This document shows positions 28,212-37,532 of a DNA stretch of 51,204 nt, in pieces. Source of the DNA: a virus. Lineage: Duplodnaviria; Caudoviricetes. Numbering within the stretch: position 1 is the first letter of the stretch; the number at the start of each line of letters is the position of its first letter. The notes under the pieces were generated by a model. The model saw nothing but the letters and a program-made list of their open reading frames with translations, was not told where the DNA came from and did not search any database. The position numbers were made by a program, and so were the translations under genes. Location of the stretch: the IMG/VR virus record IMGVR_UViG_3300042196_000297, positions 1-51,204 of that record; one strand, 5' to 3'.

Positions 28212-29705
28212 CTAGCTCCTCTGCTCGGCGGCCATCTGCCGCGCGATGTAGTTCTTGCGGGCGTCGGGCCCATCGTTCTTCTTGGCCCAGAGCTCGATGG
28301 CGTCGTACTGGCGGGCGAAGAAGAGCGCCCGCTCGACGATCCCGGGGCCCTTCGCCTGGTACTCGGCGACGTCCTTCGGGAGACCGTCGGCCTCTCCAGC
28401 GTCGGAAGCCGCCCAGGCGTGATCGGGTTCCCGCACGGCGGAGGCCACGAGAGCCCCTACGTGGGCGTCGAGGGCCTTCGCCCCGTAGGCGTCGTACCAC
28501 TCGGTGGCGATCTTCACGGGATCGCCCACGACGGCGTAGCCCTTCATGCGCTTCACCGCCGCGTCGATGGCGGTCCCGCGGGCGCGCTCGGCCTCCTGAG
28601 CCTGGAGCTTCGTCTGGAGCCCGGAGATGGTGGTATGGAGAGCCGCGATCTTGGCGTCGCGCTCGCCCAGGTCGGCCGCGTAGCGCTCGACCGTGACGGC
28701 GGGAGCCGGCTTGGCGGCCTGAGCCATCTCGACGGGCGAAGGACCCGCCGCCTGCGCTGCGCCACCGCCCAACTTCTCGAGGCACTTCTCCAGGCACGCC
28801 TTCAGTTTGCCGAGGTCCTCGAGGGTGAACTTCGCGCTCTCGATCTTGCCGATGAGCGCATCCACGGCGCTCGACGCGCCGCCTTCCTCGGGCTTCTTCG
28901 CGGGCTCGTCCATGGAATCGTCCTCGGAGGCTGCGGCGAAGACGCACACCGCGACTTCGGCCCGGTCGTCCGTCGCCTCATAGGCCACGGCTTCGGGCAC
29001 CTGCTCGCGCTTGCGCTTCCGCCCGATGGTGATGAGCGGCAGACGGAACCGGGGCACTTCGTCGGTGATCGACACCGACGCCACCTCGGGGTCCTTGAAC
29101 TGCGGGAAGAGGATCTCGACGCTCGCGTACGGGAACTTCCCCGTGTCGATGGCGTCGAACGTGGCCCGGTCCAGGCCCGCCAAGTCGGCGAACATCGCCT
29201 CGACCGTGCGGCCTTCGTACGTGATGGGCCCGATGCGGGTCGGGACGAAGTACCCGATCTTCGCGCGGCCCGTCTCGCCGAAGTGCCGGAGATGCGCGGG
29301 AGCCTCGTAGCCCTCGCCACGCCGCGCCTGCATCTTGACCAGCGCCTTGCGGAGCCACGTCCCGTCTACCCGCTCAATGCCGGTAGCGGTCCGCACGCGT
29401 TCGTCGGGCACGTGGGCGACGACAACCGGGACGTCGTGGATGGTCCACGTCCCGTCTTCGGCCTCGGTCGCCGCGTAGCGCCCGCCCTGGGCGGGCTTCG
29501 GACCGCAAGCGTAGGCCGCGGCGTTCTTCGCCACCTTGGCCGCGCAGTCGTCCCACCACGCCTTCGGAGGGTGCTCGCCCGGCTTCCGGCCTTCGGGTCC
29601 GCTTCCGAACCCCGCTCGCTGCGCATCCGTCCCGTGCGCCCAGATGTTCCCGCAGATGCGGGCCGGGTCGTCCTGGTAGGTCGCGCGGTCGGGCTCGAGG
29701 GCCAC
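28212..29705 (-). CDS. Prohead protease / scaffold (Mu gpI-like)
   Basis: IDTGKFPYASVEI resembles the Mu protease Y.Y.S motif; HLRH; coiled-coil scaffold C-terminus; upstream of the capsid genes. Confidence 0.7.
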   Translation of the reverse strand: MALEPDRATYQDDPARICGNIWAHGTDAQRAGFGSGPEGRKPGEHPPKAWWDDCAAKVAKNAAAYACGPKPAQGGRYAATEAEDGTWTIHDVPVVVAHVPDERVRTATGIERVDGTWLRKALVKMQARRGEGYEAPAHLRHFGETGRAKIGYFVPTRIGPITYEGRTVEAMFADLAGLDRATFDAIDTGKFPYASVEILFPQFKDPEVASVSITDEVPRFRLPLITIGRKRKREQVPEAVAYEATDDRAEVAVCVFAAASEDDSMDEPAKKPEEGGASSAVDALIGKIESAKFTLEDLGKLKACLEKCLEKLGGGAAQAAGPSPVEMAQAAKPAPAVTVERYAADLGERDAKIAALHTTISGLQTKLQAQEAERARGTAIDAAVKRMKGYAVVGDPVKIATEWYDAYGAKALDAHVGALVASAVREPDHAWAASDAGEADGLPKDVAEYQAKGPGIVERALFFARQYDAIELWAKKNDGPDARKNYIARQMAAEQRS

Positions 29706-29789
29706 GACCCTACGGATACCCCCAGACCGACCCGCACCGCGCGCCCTTCCCCGGCGGCAATCCCCGTTCGTGCTACTGTCTGATGCTCT

Positions 29790-29999
29790 TTAAGGGTCTT
29801 TGACCCTGTTTTTGGCCAAGTACTCGGCGCGCATCCGCTCACGGGCCCACTCGGGTAGCGATTCCGAGCAGAACACCCGCCAGCCCCCAGGCGGGCTCGC
29901 GGGCTCAGGAAGGTAGCCCGCCTCGACCCATCGGGTCACGGTGCTGACCGAAACGCCGAGCGCCTCAGCCAACTGCGTCAGGCGGATGAGTTCGCTCAC
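29790..29999 (-). CDS. MerR/excisionase-like HTH protein
   Basis: LAEALGVSVSTVTRWVEAGYLP...PGGWRVF. Confidence 0.85.
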   Translation of the reverse strand: MSELIRLTQLAEALGVSVSTVTRWVEAGYLPEPASPPGGWRVFCSESLPEWARERMRAEYLAKNRVKDP

Positions 30000-30274
30000 G
30001 CCGGGATCTCCGGGGCCGCTGGGACGGTCACGGTCGGAATCGAGGGCATGGGCTCGGACGGGGCCGCTGGCGTGATCAGAGGGACGAAGACAATCCGGCC
30101 ATCGTCGTAACCCCCGTGCCGAAAGCCCGCGGGCGCCGGGTAGCGATCGCAAAGGAGCGTGTAGACCCGCTGGACTTCGGCCTCGATCCGAGCCCGCTCG
30201 CCCAGCACGGCCTCCATCGCCATCGCATCAAGCTCATGGACCTGAAGCGCCCGATGCCCATTGACGAGGGTCAC
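29996..30274 (-). CDS. Hypothetical protein
   Basis: GTGA overlaps at both ends. Confidence 0.5.
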   Translation of the reverse strand: MTLVNGHRALQVHELDAMAMEAVLGERARIEAEVQRVYTLLCDRYPAPAGFRHGGYDDGRIVFVPLITPAAPSEPMPSIPTVTVPAAPEIPA

Positions 30275-30425
30275 GACCCTTCCTCCTCCCACACGAACCA
30301 GACCAGGACCACCAGTCCGTTGCCGCAGAAGTCGATCGTGATGAGGCCGACCGCAACATCCTGCCGCAAGCCGGTACGTTTCCAAGCGGCCGCGATCTCC
30401 TCAACGACGGGGAACAGATCGCTTC

Positions 30426-30992
30426 TCACGGAGAGGCTCCCGGAGCCGAGGGCGCAGAGGGTGTCCCCTCGGGGCCTGGAGCGATGAGCCCGGTCACCTC
30501 AACCCGCGCCTCCTGGACGGTCTGCCCGCCGGGGCCGCGAGCGATCAGCCGGTAGGCCACGCTCTCGGAGGGGTGGATCTCGAGGGTACCGGACAATCCC
30601 ACGGCCTTCTCGGGCCCATCCGGCAGACGGACCATCGTGACCGCGAGGGCCTCGCTCGTCCTCCACGCGAGCACGGCCGGCGCGCCGCGTACGACGCTCA
30701 CGGGATCGAACGAGACGAAGACCGACGGCGGAGACGGAGGCCACGCCCGGTAGGTCTGCCGGAACCTCCACTCGGGATGGGCTACCACGGCCCCATCCTC
30801 GCGGTAGACGACGTACGTCCGCGTGGGCCGTCCAGCCTCGTCCCGCCCCTGTCGGATCGCGCCCTCGGCGGTCTCGAACACGAACGCCCCCTCGATGGCA
30901 ACCGCCCGCCCCTTGAGGCTCGTCGGGATCTCCTCGACGTTCACCTCGGCCGGCCAGGCGATGGGAAGTTTCGCGGCTACGGCGTGCGACAT
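30426..30992 (-). CDS. Protein with a C-terminal Ig-like domain
   Basis: AAGGAG RBS; P.SV..G....LAW...SG...HP....YRLIARGPGG...VEV pattern. Confidence 0.65.
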   Translation of the reverse strand: MSHAVAAKLPIAWPAEVNVEEIPTSLKGRAVAIEGAFVFETAEGAIRQGRDEAGRPTRTYVVYREDGAVVAHPEWRFRQTYRAWPPSPPSVFVSFDPVSVVRGAPAVLAWRTSEALAVTMVRLPDGPEKAVGLSGTLEIHPSESVAYRLIARGPGGQTVQEARVEVTGLIAPGPEGTPSAPSAPGASP

Positions 30993-30994
30993 GG

Positions 30995-31408
30995 CTACTC
31001 CTTCTGCCTGAGCGCGCGGGGCTTCTCGGGCGCGGGTCTGGGCTGCTTGTAGGGCGCGAGACGGACCACAACTTCGATCGCACAGAGATTGTGTAAGCGC
31101 GACCAGTCCGAGTTCTCGGGGCTCTGGAAACGGAACACGAGTTCCGCGCATGCCCCGCGCTGGCGGCTTTGCTTCCACGCGAGCACCCTCGCGCCGAGCC
31201 TATCGCCCGCCTTGAGGAGGGAGCCCGCCACCGCAGGGCCCCCGCCTGGGGGCCACTCGACCCGCACCGCGTACCTGACCGCGATCTTCGTGCGATCCGC
31301 CAGCGGATGAAGCGCGCCCGCCCGAACCGAGAACGCCTCCATGAACAGCCGGCGCGAGAGGTTCTCCATGACCGCGTACGGCGAGGGGCTTGCGGGAGCG
31401 TCGGCCAT
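30995..31408 (-). CDS. Hypothetical protein
   Basis: ATG closely follows the MuF stop. Confidence 0.6.
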   Translation of the reverse strand: MADAPASPSPYAVMENLSRRLFMEAFSVRAGALHPLADRTKIAVRYAVRVEWPPGGGPAVAGSLLKAGDRLGARVLAWKQSRQRGACAELVFRFQSPENSDWSRLHNLCAIEVVVRLAPYKQPRPAPEKPRALRQKE

Positions 31409-31411
31409 GTC

Positions 31412-32386
31412 CTACCCTCTAGGGAAGAACCGCGCGATGGCGGGGTTGAATGTCTTGCGGAAGCCGGGGTCGGGGCCACCGCCCGGGGGCATAATGGCGC
31501 TACGCACCGAACCGTCAGAGCGGAGAAGGTGAAGGCGCTTGAGCTCTGCCCACGAAACGGGCGTCAGCACGCACCGGCACGCGTAGCCCTGGGGTGGAGC
31601 CGCGCGATGCCAGATCGGATCCCCTGGCGCGGCCACGAGTCCATCCAGCGCGGCGTGATTGGGTCGCGTGTCCGAATCCATGACGGCCGAGTAGCGGAGC
31701 GCCCCGAACACGAGCCCCACGGCGGGATCGGCCATCTGCGCGAATTCGCCGGCCGTATGGGCGCTCGCCAGCGTCGTACGCCACACCGTGCGTCCGTACG
31801 CCTGCGTCCAATCTCCCATGTCGGAGATGATAGCCCCTGCCTGCGGTTCCGTCTTGCCCTCGCGGATCATCCGCGCGATACGGTCGCGCACCTGGCCCGT
31901 GAGTACCTCGGCCGTGGACCTGGCGAGCGCGAAGGCGTATTCTTCGTCGTAGAGCGCTTGGACAGCCTGGTAGCCGATGGCGAGCTTCGGTTGCCGCGCA
32001 AGAATGTCCTCGATCGCATGACGGTTAGGAACGTTCGGGACCGTCGCGGGCGTCCAGGGCTCCTCGGGCTCGAGAGGCGGGACGCCCGGAGGAAGTCCCG
32101 TGGGGGGGCGCGCAGGCGGCGGTGGCGGCCTCCCACCCGGCGGACCCTTCGCGCCCTTCGCCTTCGCCAGCAAGAGCGTGCGTCTGGCTCCCAGCATCGC
32201 CGTCTCGTGGAGCAGACCCCGTGTCTCGCCCGCAAAGGCCGATACGAGATCGTCTGCGGGCTTGTGGGCGAAGAGACGACGCACGATGCCGGACACGAAG
32301 CGAAGGAAGCCCGTGAACCAGCGGACGGGCACGCTCTCCTCGAGCCGCTCGCGCTCTTCCTCGACGGTGAGGACGTGGCGGGTCAT
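31412..32386 (-). CDS. MuF-family minor head protein (Mu gpF / SPP1 gp7-like)
   Basis: YSAVMDSDTRPNHAALDG and PPQGYACRC motifs. Confidence 0.9.
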   Translation of the reverse strand: MTRHVLTVEEERERLEESVPVRWFTGFLRFVSGIVRRLFAHKPADDLVSAFAGETRGLLHETAMLGARRTLLLAKAKGAKGPPGGRPPPPPARPPTGLPPGVPPLEPEEPWTPATVPNVPNRHAIEDILARQPKLAIGYQAVQALYDEEYAFALARSTAEVLTGQVRDRIARMIREGKTEPQAGAIISDMGDWTQAYGRTVWRTTLASAHTAGEFAQMADPAVGLVFGALRYSAVMDSDTRPNHAALDGLVAAPGDPIWHRAAPPQGYACRCVLTPVSWAELKRLHLLRSDGSVRSAIMPPGGGPDPGFRKTFNPAIARFFPRG

Positions 32387-32523
32387 GCGCCCTTCTCGGG
32401 ATCGGCCTCTTCCTCAGGCAACGCATCACCAACCTCTTCCTCAGGCAACGCATCGAATCGAATGTCGTCGTCCTCGGTGACCCACTTCTTGCGTCGATCC
32501 TTCTCATTGTCGCTCATGGTCAT
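32383..32523 (-). CDS. 46-aa acidic protein, absent from the ORF track
   Basis: ATGA overlaps with both the ART stop and the MuF start; MTMSDNEKDRRKKWVTEDDDIRFDALPEEEVGDALPEEEADPEKGA. Confidence 0.6.
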   Translation of the reverse strand: MTMSDNEKDRRKKWVTEDDDIRFDALPEEEVGDALPEEEADPEKGA

Positions 32524-33386
32524 AGGACCCTCTCCAGAATGACCACCGCTCGGCTGTGGTCTCCACGCGATCCCTGGATGGTCGCGTGTCGCTGTACCGC
32601 GATGACCCGATAGCCGGCATTGTGGGGCAGCAAAATCTCCATCTCATCCGGATGCGTCGTCAGGCTTCCAGCGATCGGGAGACCCTGCCGTGTACGAATC
32701 TTGAGAATGATGCCAGATCCACCAGAGAACGAATCCGCGACGGACGGATCTGTAGTTGTGCTTGTGAGTCCAGAAAGATAAACACCTTCATTCCCGCCCA
32801 CCTTCGACTCAAAACTCGTCAACATCTTCTCGGCATTCTTTGGTTGCCAACCCCGGTACACATTTACGGGTTCCGGGAAGTTCGGATGCGCCCTCACGAT
32901 ACGATCCACCGACTCGCCATCCATCTTCGTCTTGTCCGTGCAGTTCTCATGTCGCAGACAATCGTTGATGTCTTCGTACGAATCGCTCGCGTACGCGATT
33001 ACTGCACGCTTGTCAGACTTAGACAACGTGGCAAGAAATGCTGGATCCGGCGTCATGTGTTTCGACAAGCCATGAAGGGTCTGTTCCGTCTGCTGAGGCT
33101 TCACATCCGGCTCCGGTTCGGGTTCATCGAGCGTCGCCGTCCCGCTGCGGCCCTCGCCCTTCTCCGCAAACTGCCCCCCGCCCTCACCGCTTTCCTTCCG
33201 GGGGTGCTTCTCTTCGTCGAATCCGGCCGCATAGCCTTCGGGTCGAGCCTCGTCCTCGCTCTCTTCCAACGCCTCCGCGAGCCACGGCGGGATCAGGAAC
33301 CACTCGGGATCGGCCTCGCCCGTCTCGTCGTCCACGTCTTCGGCGTCCAGATCGAGCGGAAGTCCTTCAGACGACGGTGGGGGCAT
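32520..33386 (-). CDS. ADP-ribosyltransferase (R-S-E / VIP2-like) with an acidic N-terminal leader
   Basis: Y....YEDINDCLR, VYRG, TSTT and EMEILLP (ExE) motifs. Confidence 0.85.
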   Translation of the reverse strand: MPPPSSEGLPLDLDAEDVDDETGEADPEWFLIPPWLAEALEESEDEARPEGYAAGFDEEKHPRKESGEGGGQFAEKGEGRSGTATLDEPEPEPDVKPQQTEQTLHGLSKHMTPDPAFLATLSKSDKRAVIAYASDSYEDINDCLRHENCTDKTKMDGESVDRIVRAHPNFPEPVNVYRGWQPKNAEKMLTSFESKVGGNEGVYLSGLTSTTTDPSVADSFSGGSGIILKIRTRQGLPIAGSLTTHPDEMEILLPHNAGYRVIAVQRHATIQGSRGDHSRAVVILERVL

Positions 33387-35874
33387 GGAAGCCGATCCTC
33401 TCGAGCCAGTCCTCGAAGACCCGCGGGTGGATGTACGACGCCCGCGCAACGGCCGGCGTGTTGTTGAGCCGCTCGGCCACGACCCCCGACGCGGCGCGGA
33501 GCGCCCGCGCCACGAGACGCGCGTCCCGCTTCGCGTCACCCGTGAGCGGCGGCGGAGGCTTCGGCGCGTCCTTCAGCGCGCGCTCGGCAGTGCGCGTGGC
33601 GATGATCGTGCGGAAGTCCTTGAGCTTCGTCCCCGCCATCTCGCGCGCCCGCTCCGCCGTACCGGCCGGGAAGAGCGCACCGTCGGGCTGCGGATGCGCT
33701 ACAGCCTCGCGGAGCGCGGCCACGACCTCGGGATGCTCGACCGTCGTCACGTTCTTCTTGCCCGACTTGCCGACGAAGGTGAGCCGCGCGCGGTCACCCT
33801 CGAACGCGACGTGCTCAGGCCGGAGCGTCGAGATGCCGAAGTGCCCGGCCGTTGCGCTCCCGGCCGAGCCCGGCCGCAGCCCTGTCTCGGCGATGATGGC
33901 CGCGACGGCCGCTGCGGCGCGTTCGGGCGATCCGATCCTCGTCTCGGAAAGCCGATGAAGCAAGCCGTCACGGAGCCGGTCGAACGCGGGCTCGAGGGCC
34001 TGGACGCGCTCCCACTTCTTTGCCGCATGCGTCACGTGGAACGCCGCGGTGTAGGCGTACTGCGTGCGGCCCGCCGTATCCCGCCAGGTCATGGTGGGCT
34101 TCTGGTCTACGTCGGGATCCTCGAGGTCCGCCACCCGGATCTCGGTCGCATCGTGGGCCGGTAGCTTCGTGACACCGAGCGCTTTCAGACGTACGCGCTG
34201 CTTCTCGGGAAGTTGCGAGCCAGGCGGAGGCGGACGGGGCTTTTTCGGCTTCGCCTCTTCGGGCGCGGCCGGCTCCGGTTCGTCCTCGAGGGTTGCCGTT
34301 CCGGCCCCGCCCTCACCCTTCGGCGCGAACTTTCCGGTCCCCTCACGCGGGTGTTGCTCCTCCCGGAAGTCAGCCGCGTAGCGCTCGAGGCGGTCCAGCG
34401 TCGGGCCAAGCCGCTCGAGACGGTCCGCCAGGACCGCCATGCGCCCGAGGACATGCGCCTCGAGTCCATGCGCCCCGCCGCGAAGCGCCTCGAGAGCCCC
34501 GAGAGCTCCCTCGTCTCCGGCCGGGCCCGTCGCCTGCGGCTCGATGACATCCTCTCCCGGGCCCGGGGGTGTGAACCCGATCCGTTCGTACACCTCCGAC
34601 CGTTTGAGCGGAATGCCGGCCGCGAGGATGGTCTGGATTGTCCCGGCCTCGGCGCTCGGGTTGGGTGGTACTTCATGCAGAATTTTGAGCCGCGGCATTT
34701 GTGCCCGGCCCAAGCCTGCGGCCTCGAGGTTCCCGGCGTTGAGCCGCCAAACGAGCGCCGCCGCGTCCCGGGTGATGGAACCGGCGAGGAGTTTCTGATC
34801 CATCTTGACGATCATGGCCGAGGTATCGGCCTCCGTCTCCGCCTGCGCCCTCGCGCCCGTGGGTCCCGCATCGCCGCCACTCGGACGGATAGACCCCTTG
34901 CTTAGCCGGGTTATCCAGCCGTCGAGATAGTTGAGCATATCGAGGACGCGTTGATGACCTTCGCCAGGGCCCGCCTTCACCTCAATGTCGTCACCCACCA
35001 TACAGCCCATGATGTTACGACCGAAACTCTTCTCGACCGCCGTGAGTGCTGCGGTCAGCAGATCCGTAGGCGACTTACCGACGCTGCCCGGACGATCCGG
35101 GTCAATCTTGACCAAGATGAGCCCGCGTGCCCATCGCTCAAGGCCCTGCAAGCCCTCCTCGAGGACCACGGTCTTCGCGTACCAGTAAAACCACAGCGCG
35201 TCAAGGAGCCCGCGCCCGTAGCCCAGCGTCGCCTCGGTGTCATCGTAAACGTGCTGGACCATCCACCGACGATCCGGAATCGGCACCCAGGCATTGCGTT
35301 TGACCGAAAACAACTCCACAATGGTCCGTACCTGCTCGTCGCCATTCTCGCCGTGAACGGGAACAAATCGCACGCGGCGCCGGTCGAGGTCGCGGAGCTC
35401 CGTGAGAACCCACCAGGGCCGATAGACGCCGTCCGACAGTTTCAAGACGCGACGTTCACCCACGGGCTTCGCATGACGCGAGCCGACGAAGACCGCCTCG
35501 GACAAGTTGAGCCGTGCGGCGTCGAAGTTCTCGCAAGGCGTAAAGCAACCCTCCATGAGCGAGGCCGCGAGCTTGTCTTCGTTGCTGTCGCTCGCGGGCT
35601 CGAACTGCCAAGCGCTTCCGGCCACGTAGTGCTTGCGCCACTGCATCGCATCCCAGACCGCCGGGTCACGGCGCATGATCTCGTACGCGTTGATGTCACG
35701 GCGGAGCGCGTAGCCCGGGTCGGGGAGCGGGAACGCGCGGGCGAAGGCTGAGGCAAGAGAGCGCCCGTAGAGGTCGCGGACGATGGTCCCTGTCTGGTCT
35801 ACGAACTGGTCGATGAGGCCGCCCTGGACGGGGCCGCCGATGGGGTAGCCGCGATACTCTTCCGAGAGGGCCAT
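33367..35874 (-). CDS. Portal protein (Mu gp29/DUF935-like) fused to a C-terminal DNA topoisomerase IB domain
   Basis: N-terminal ~470 aa is portal-like (YGRGLLDALW..WYAK...LERW). The C-terminus has GRTQYAY, GLRPG, FVGKSGK, KDFRT, LNNT and SYIHP. Confidence 0.85.
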   Translation of the reverse strand: MALSEEYRGYPIGGPVQGGLIDQFVDQTGTIVRDLYGRSLASAFARAFPLPDPGYALRRDINAYEIMRRDPAVWDAMQWRKHYVAGSAWQFEPASDSNEDKLAASLMEGCFTPCENFDAARLNLSEAVFVGSRHAKPVGERRVLKLSDGVYRPWWVLTELRDLDRRRVRFVPVHGENGDEQVRTIVELFSVKRNAWVPIPDRRWMVQHVYDDTEATLGYGRGLLDALWFYWYAKTVVLEEGLQGLERWARGLILVKIDPDRPGSVGKSPTDLLTAALTAVEKSFGRNIMGCMVGDDIEVKAGPGEGHQRVLDMLNYLDGWITRLSKGSIRPSGGDAGPTGARAQAETEADTSAMIVKMDQKLLAGSITRDAAALVWRLNAGNLEAAGLGRAQMPRLKILHEVPPNPSAEAGTIQTILAAGIPLKRSEVYERIGFTPPGPGEDVIEPQATGPAGDEGALGALEALRGGAHGLEAHVLGRMAVLADRLERLGPTLDRLERYAADFREEQHPREGTGKFAPKGEGGAGTATLEDEPEPAAPEEAKPKKPRPPPPGSQLPEKQRVRLKALGVTKLPAHDATEIRVADLEDPDVDQKPTMTWRDTAGRTQYAYTAAFHVTHAAKKWERVQALEPAFDRLRDGLLHRLSETRIGSPERAAAAVAAIIAETGLRPGSAGSATAGHFGISTLRPEHVAFEGDRARLTFVGKSGKKNVTTVEHPEVVAALREAVAHPQPDGALFPAGTAERAREMAGTKLKDFRTIIATRTAERALKDAPKPPPPLTGDAKRDARLVARALRAASGVVAERLNNTPAVARASYIHPRVFEDWLERIGFHAPTVV

Positions 35875-36137
35875 CAGTACCCTCGCTCATGGCGCGCCAG
35901 CCGGCGGGCGCGGTAGATCATCCGGCCCGGCGCCGCCGGCAGGAACAGCGCGAGGAGCCAGCCGAGCGGGCCCAGGAAGATCCCGAGCATGAAGCCTGCG
36001 CCGCCCCGACCACGCCCCGCTCCGCATGCGTACCCGAGCCCGCCACACACGAGCGCCCATACGAGCCCGAGCAGAAGAAGATCCTCCGCGCCGGTGGCGG
36101 CGGAAGAACCGGCGGTAGCGAGCAGGGCGAGCGTCAC
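35874..36137 (-). CDS. Small membrane protein (moron-like)
   Basis: Hydrophobic helices, GFMLGIFLGPLGWLLA; has its own promoter-like sequence. Confidence 0.65.
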   Translation of the reverse strand: MTLALLATAGSSAATGAEDLLLLGLVWALVCGGLGYACGAGRGRGGAGFMLGIFLGPLGWLLALFLPAAPGRMIYRARRLARHERGY

Positions 36138-36174
36138 GGGCGGGAAGCCCTCGGAGGGGGAGAGGTTGCCGGGA

Positions 36175-36202
36175 AGGGTAGCACACCGCGCACCCCTGTC
36201 CA
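36175..36202 (-). promoter_or_regulatory. Putative promoter for the membrane gene and head operon
   Basis: TGGACA-16 nt-TACCCT with extended TG. Confidence 0.4.
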
Positions 36203-36210
36203 ACGCAAGA

Positions 36211-37527
36211 TCACCATCCGCGGTACACCCTCCGGCCCAACGGCGCCGCGATCCCGAAGCCCGGCATCTCGGCCCCGCCGCCCGCGAAGACGGAATCCGT
36301 GGTCCGCATCCCCCCGCCGACCAGCAGCGTGAACGCACCCGCGAGGGCATCGACCTGATCGTCTTGCTCGGCCTTCTGCTCGCCCGTGAACGCCTCGAGC
36401 TCGTCGAGGAACGCGAAGTTCCACGACGCGCCCGTCAGCGAGACGTTGTGCTGCTCGGCCTGCGACGCAACGGGACCCGCCCGTACCGACTTTTTGCCCG
36501 TGGGCCGAAGAGCCTGAACGCGGTAGCCGGCAAGGAGCCGGGTCAGGGTCTCGACCTGCGCAGGGCCTCCACTTCCCCCCTCCTGCTCCAGCCCGACCGT
36601 ACACGCATACCCGTCGCTCCGGGCCGCCTTCGCCACCTCCTGATCGCGTACGCCCGGCGTCCAGCGACCACGCGCCACGTCTTCCACGCGGAAGCGACCC
36701 GTCGCATCACGGGCAAGTTTGAGCCCCACCGTCCAGTCTCCCGCCGGCGAGGCCGCGAGGTCCCAGTACCGCACCCGTTGGGCCTCGGCTCCGAACGTCC
36801 CCTCCTCGACCGCGAACCACTCGCGGTGGAAGAGCAGACCGCCCGCGGCCACGAACTGCGCGTCCACTTCCTGAGCGGCCAAGAGCGGACCCGCGAGACG
36901 CCGGAGCATCGCAATCTCCTCCTCCTCTATCCTCGGATTGTCGAAGGTCGGTCGCTGCCACCGGGCCCACGCGGGATCATGCTCAGCCTCGCACCACAGT
37001 CGCCAGACCCAGTTATACCCCTTAGGAGTTCCGAGAAACATTGCCCAGCCCTTCCGATCAATCAGCGTAGCGGCCAGCGATTCGCGCCACGCACGCTCCT
37101 GCATCTTCGCAACCTCATCCATGACGAGGCCGTCCAGACCCACGCCTACGAGCGAACCGGGATCGTCGGCCGTCCGTACCTCGATCGAGCCCGTCGTCGG
37201 ATGGAAGACGATGCGATGCTCGACCTCGCGGATCTCGGCGTAGCCGGCCTGCTCAGCTTCCGCGAAGATAAAACGAAGCGATCGCCAGACGGCGCGTCCA
37301 GCCGTCGGGAACTCGGGGACGACCCACCAGATGCGCGCCCCATCCAAAAGGCCGAGCAGGTTCGAGCCCACCGGCCCGTGACCATCCACGACCGCAATTA
37401 GGCCCGAGGTGGTTTTGTGCCAGCGCCTGCCGCACAGCGCGAGTTTGAAGCGCGCGGGCGACCGAAGTAGGTCCAGCTGATGCGCAAGCGGATGATGAAG
37501 CCGGAGACGGACCTCGGATGTCGCCAC
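36211..37527 (-). CDS. terL: Terminase large subunit
   Basis: Walker A region CGRRWHKT, Walker B LVMDE, GTPKG, and nuclease motifs YWDLA, DWTV, DDQVDA. Confidence 0.93.
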   Translation of the reverse strand: MATSEVRLRLHHPLAHQLDLLRSPARFKLALCGRRWHKTTSGLIAVVDGHGPVGSNLLGLLDGARIWWVVPEFPTAGRAVWRSLRFIFAEAEQAGYAEIREVEHRIVFHPTTGSIEVRTADDPGSLVGVGLDGLVMDEVAKMQERAWRESLAATLIDRKGWAMFLGTPKGYNWVWRLWCEAEHDPAWARWQRPTFDNPRIEEEEIAMLRRLAGPLLAAQEVDAQFVAAGGLLFHREWFAVEEGTFGAEAQRVRYWDLAASPAGDWTVGLKLARDATGRFRVEDVARGRWTPGVRDQEVAKAARSDGYACTVGLEQEGGSGGPAQVETLTRLLAGYRVQALRPTGKKSVRAGPVASQAEQHNVSLTGASWNFAFLDELEAFTGEQKAEQDDQVDALAGAFTLLVGGGMRTTDSVFAGGGAEMPGFGIAAPLGRRVYRGW

Positions 37528-37532
37528 CGCGG

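Noticed and set aside
33367-34230. Tyrosine integrase
   Set aside because: Motifs GRTQY, KDFRT and SYIHP are TopIB-type; the integrase HxLR motif is absent.
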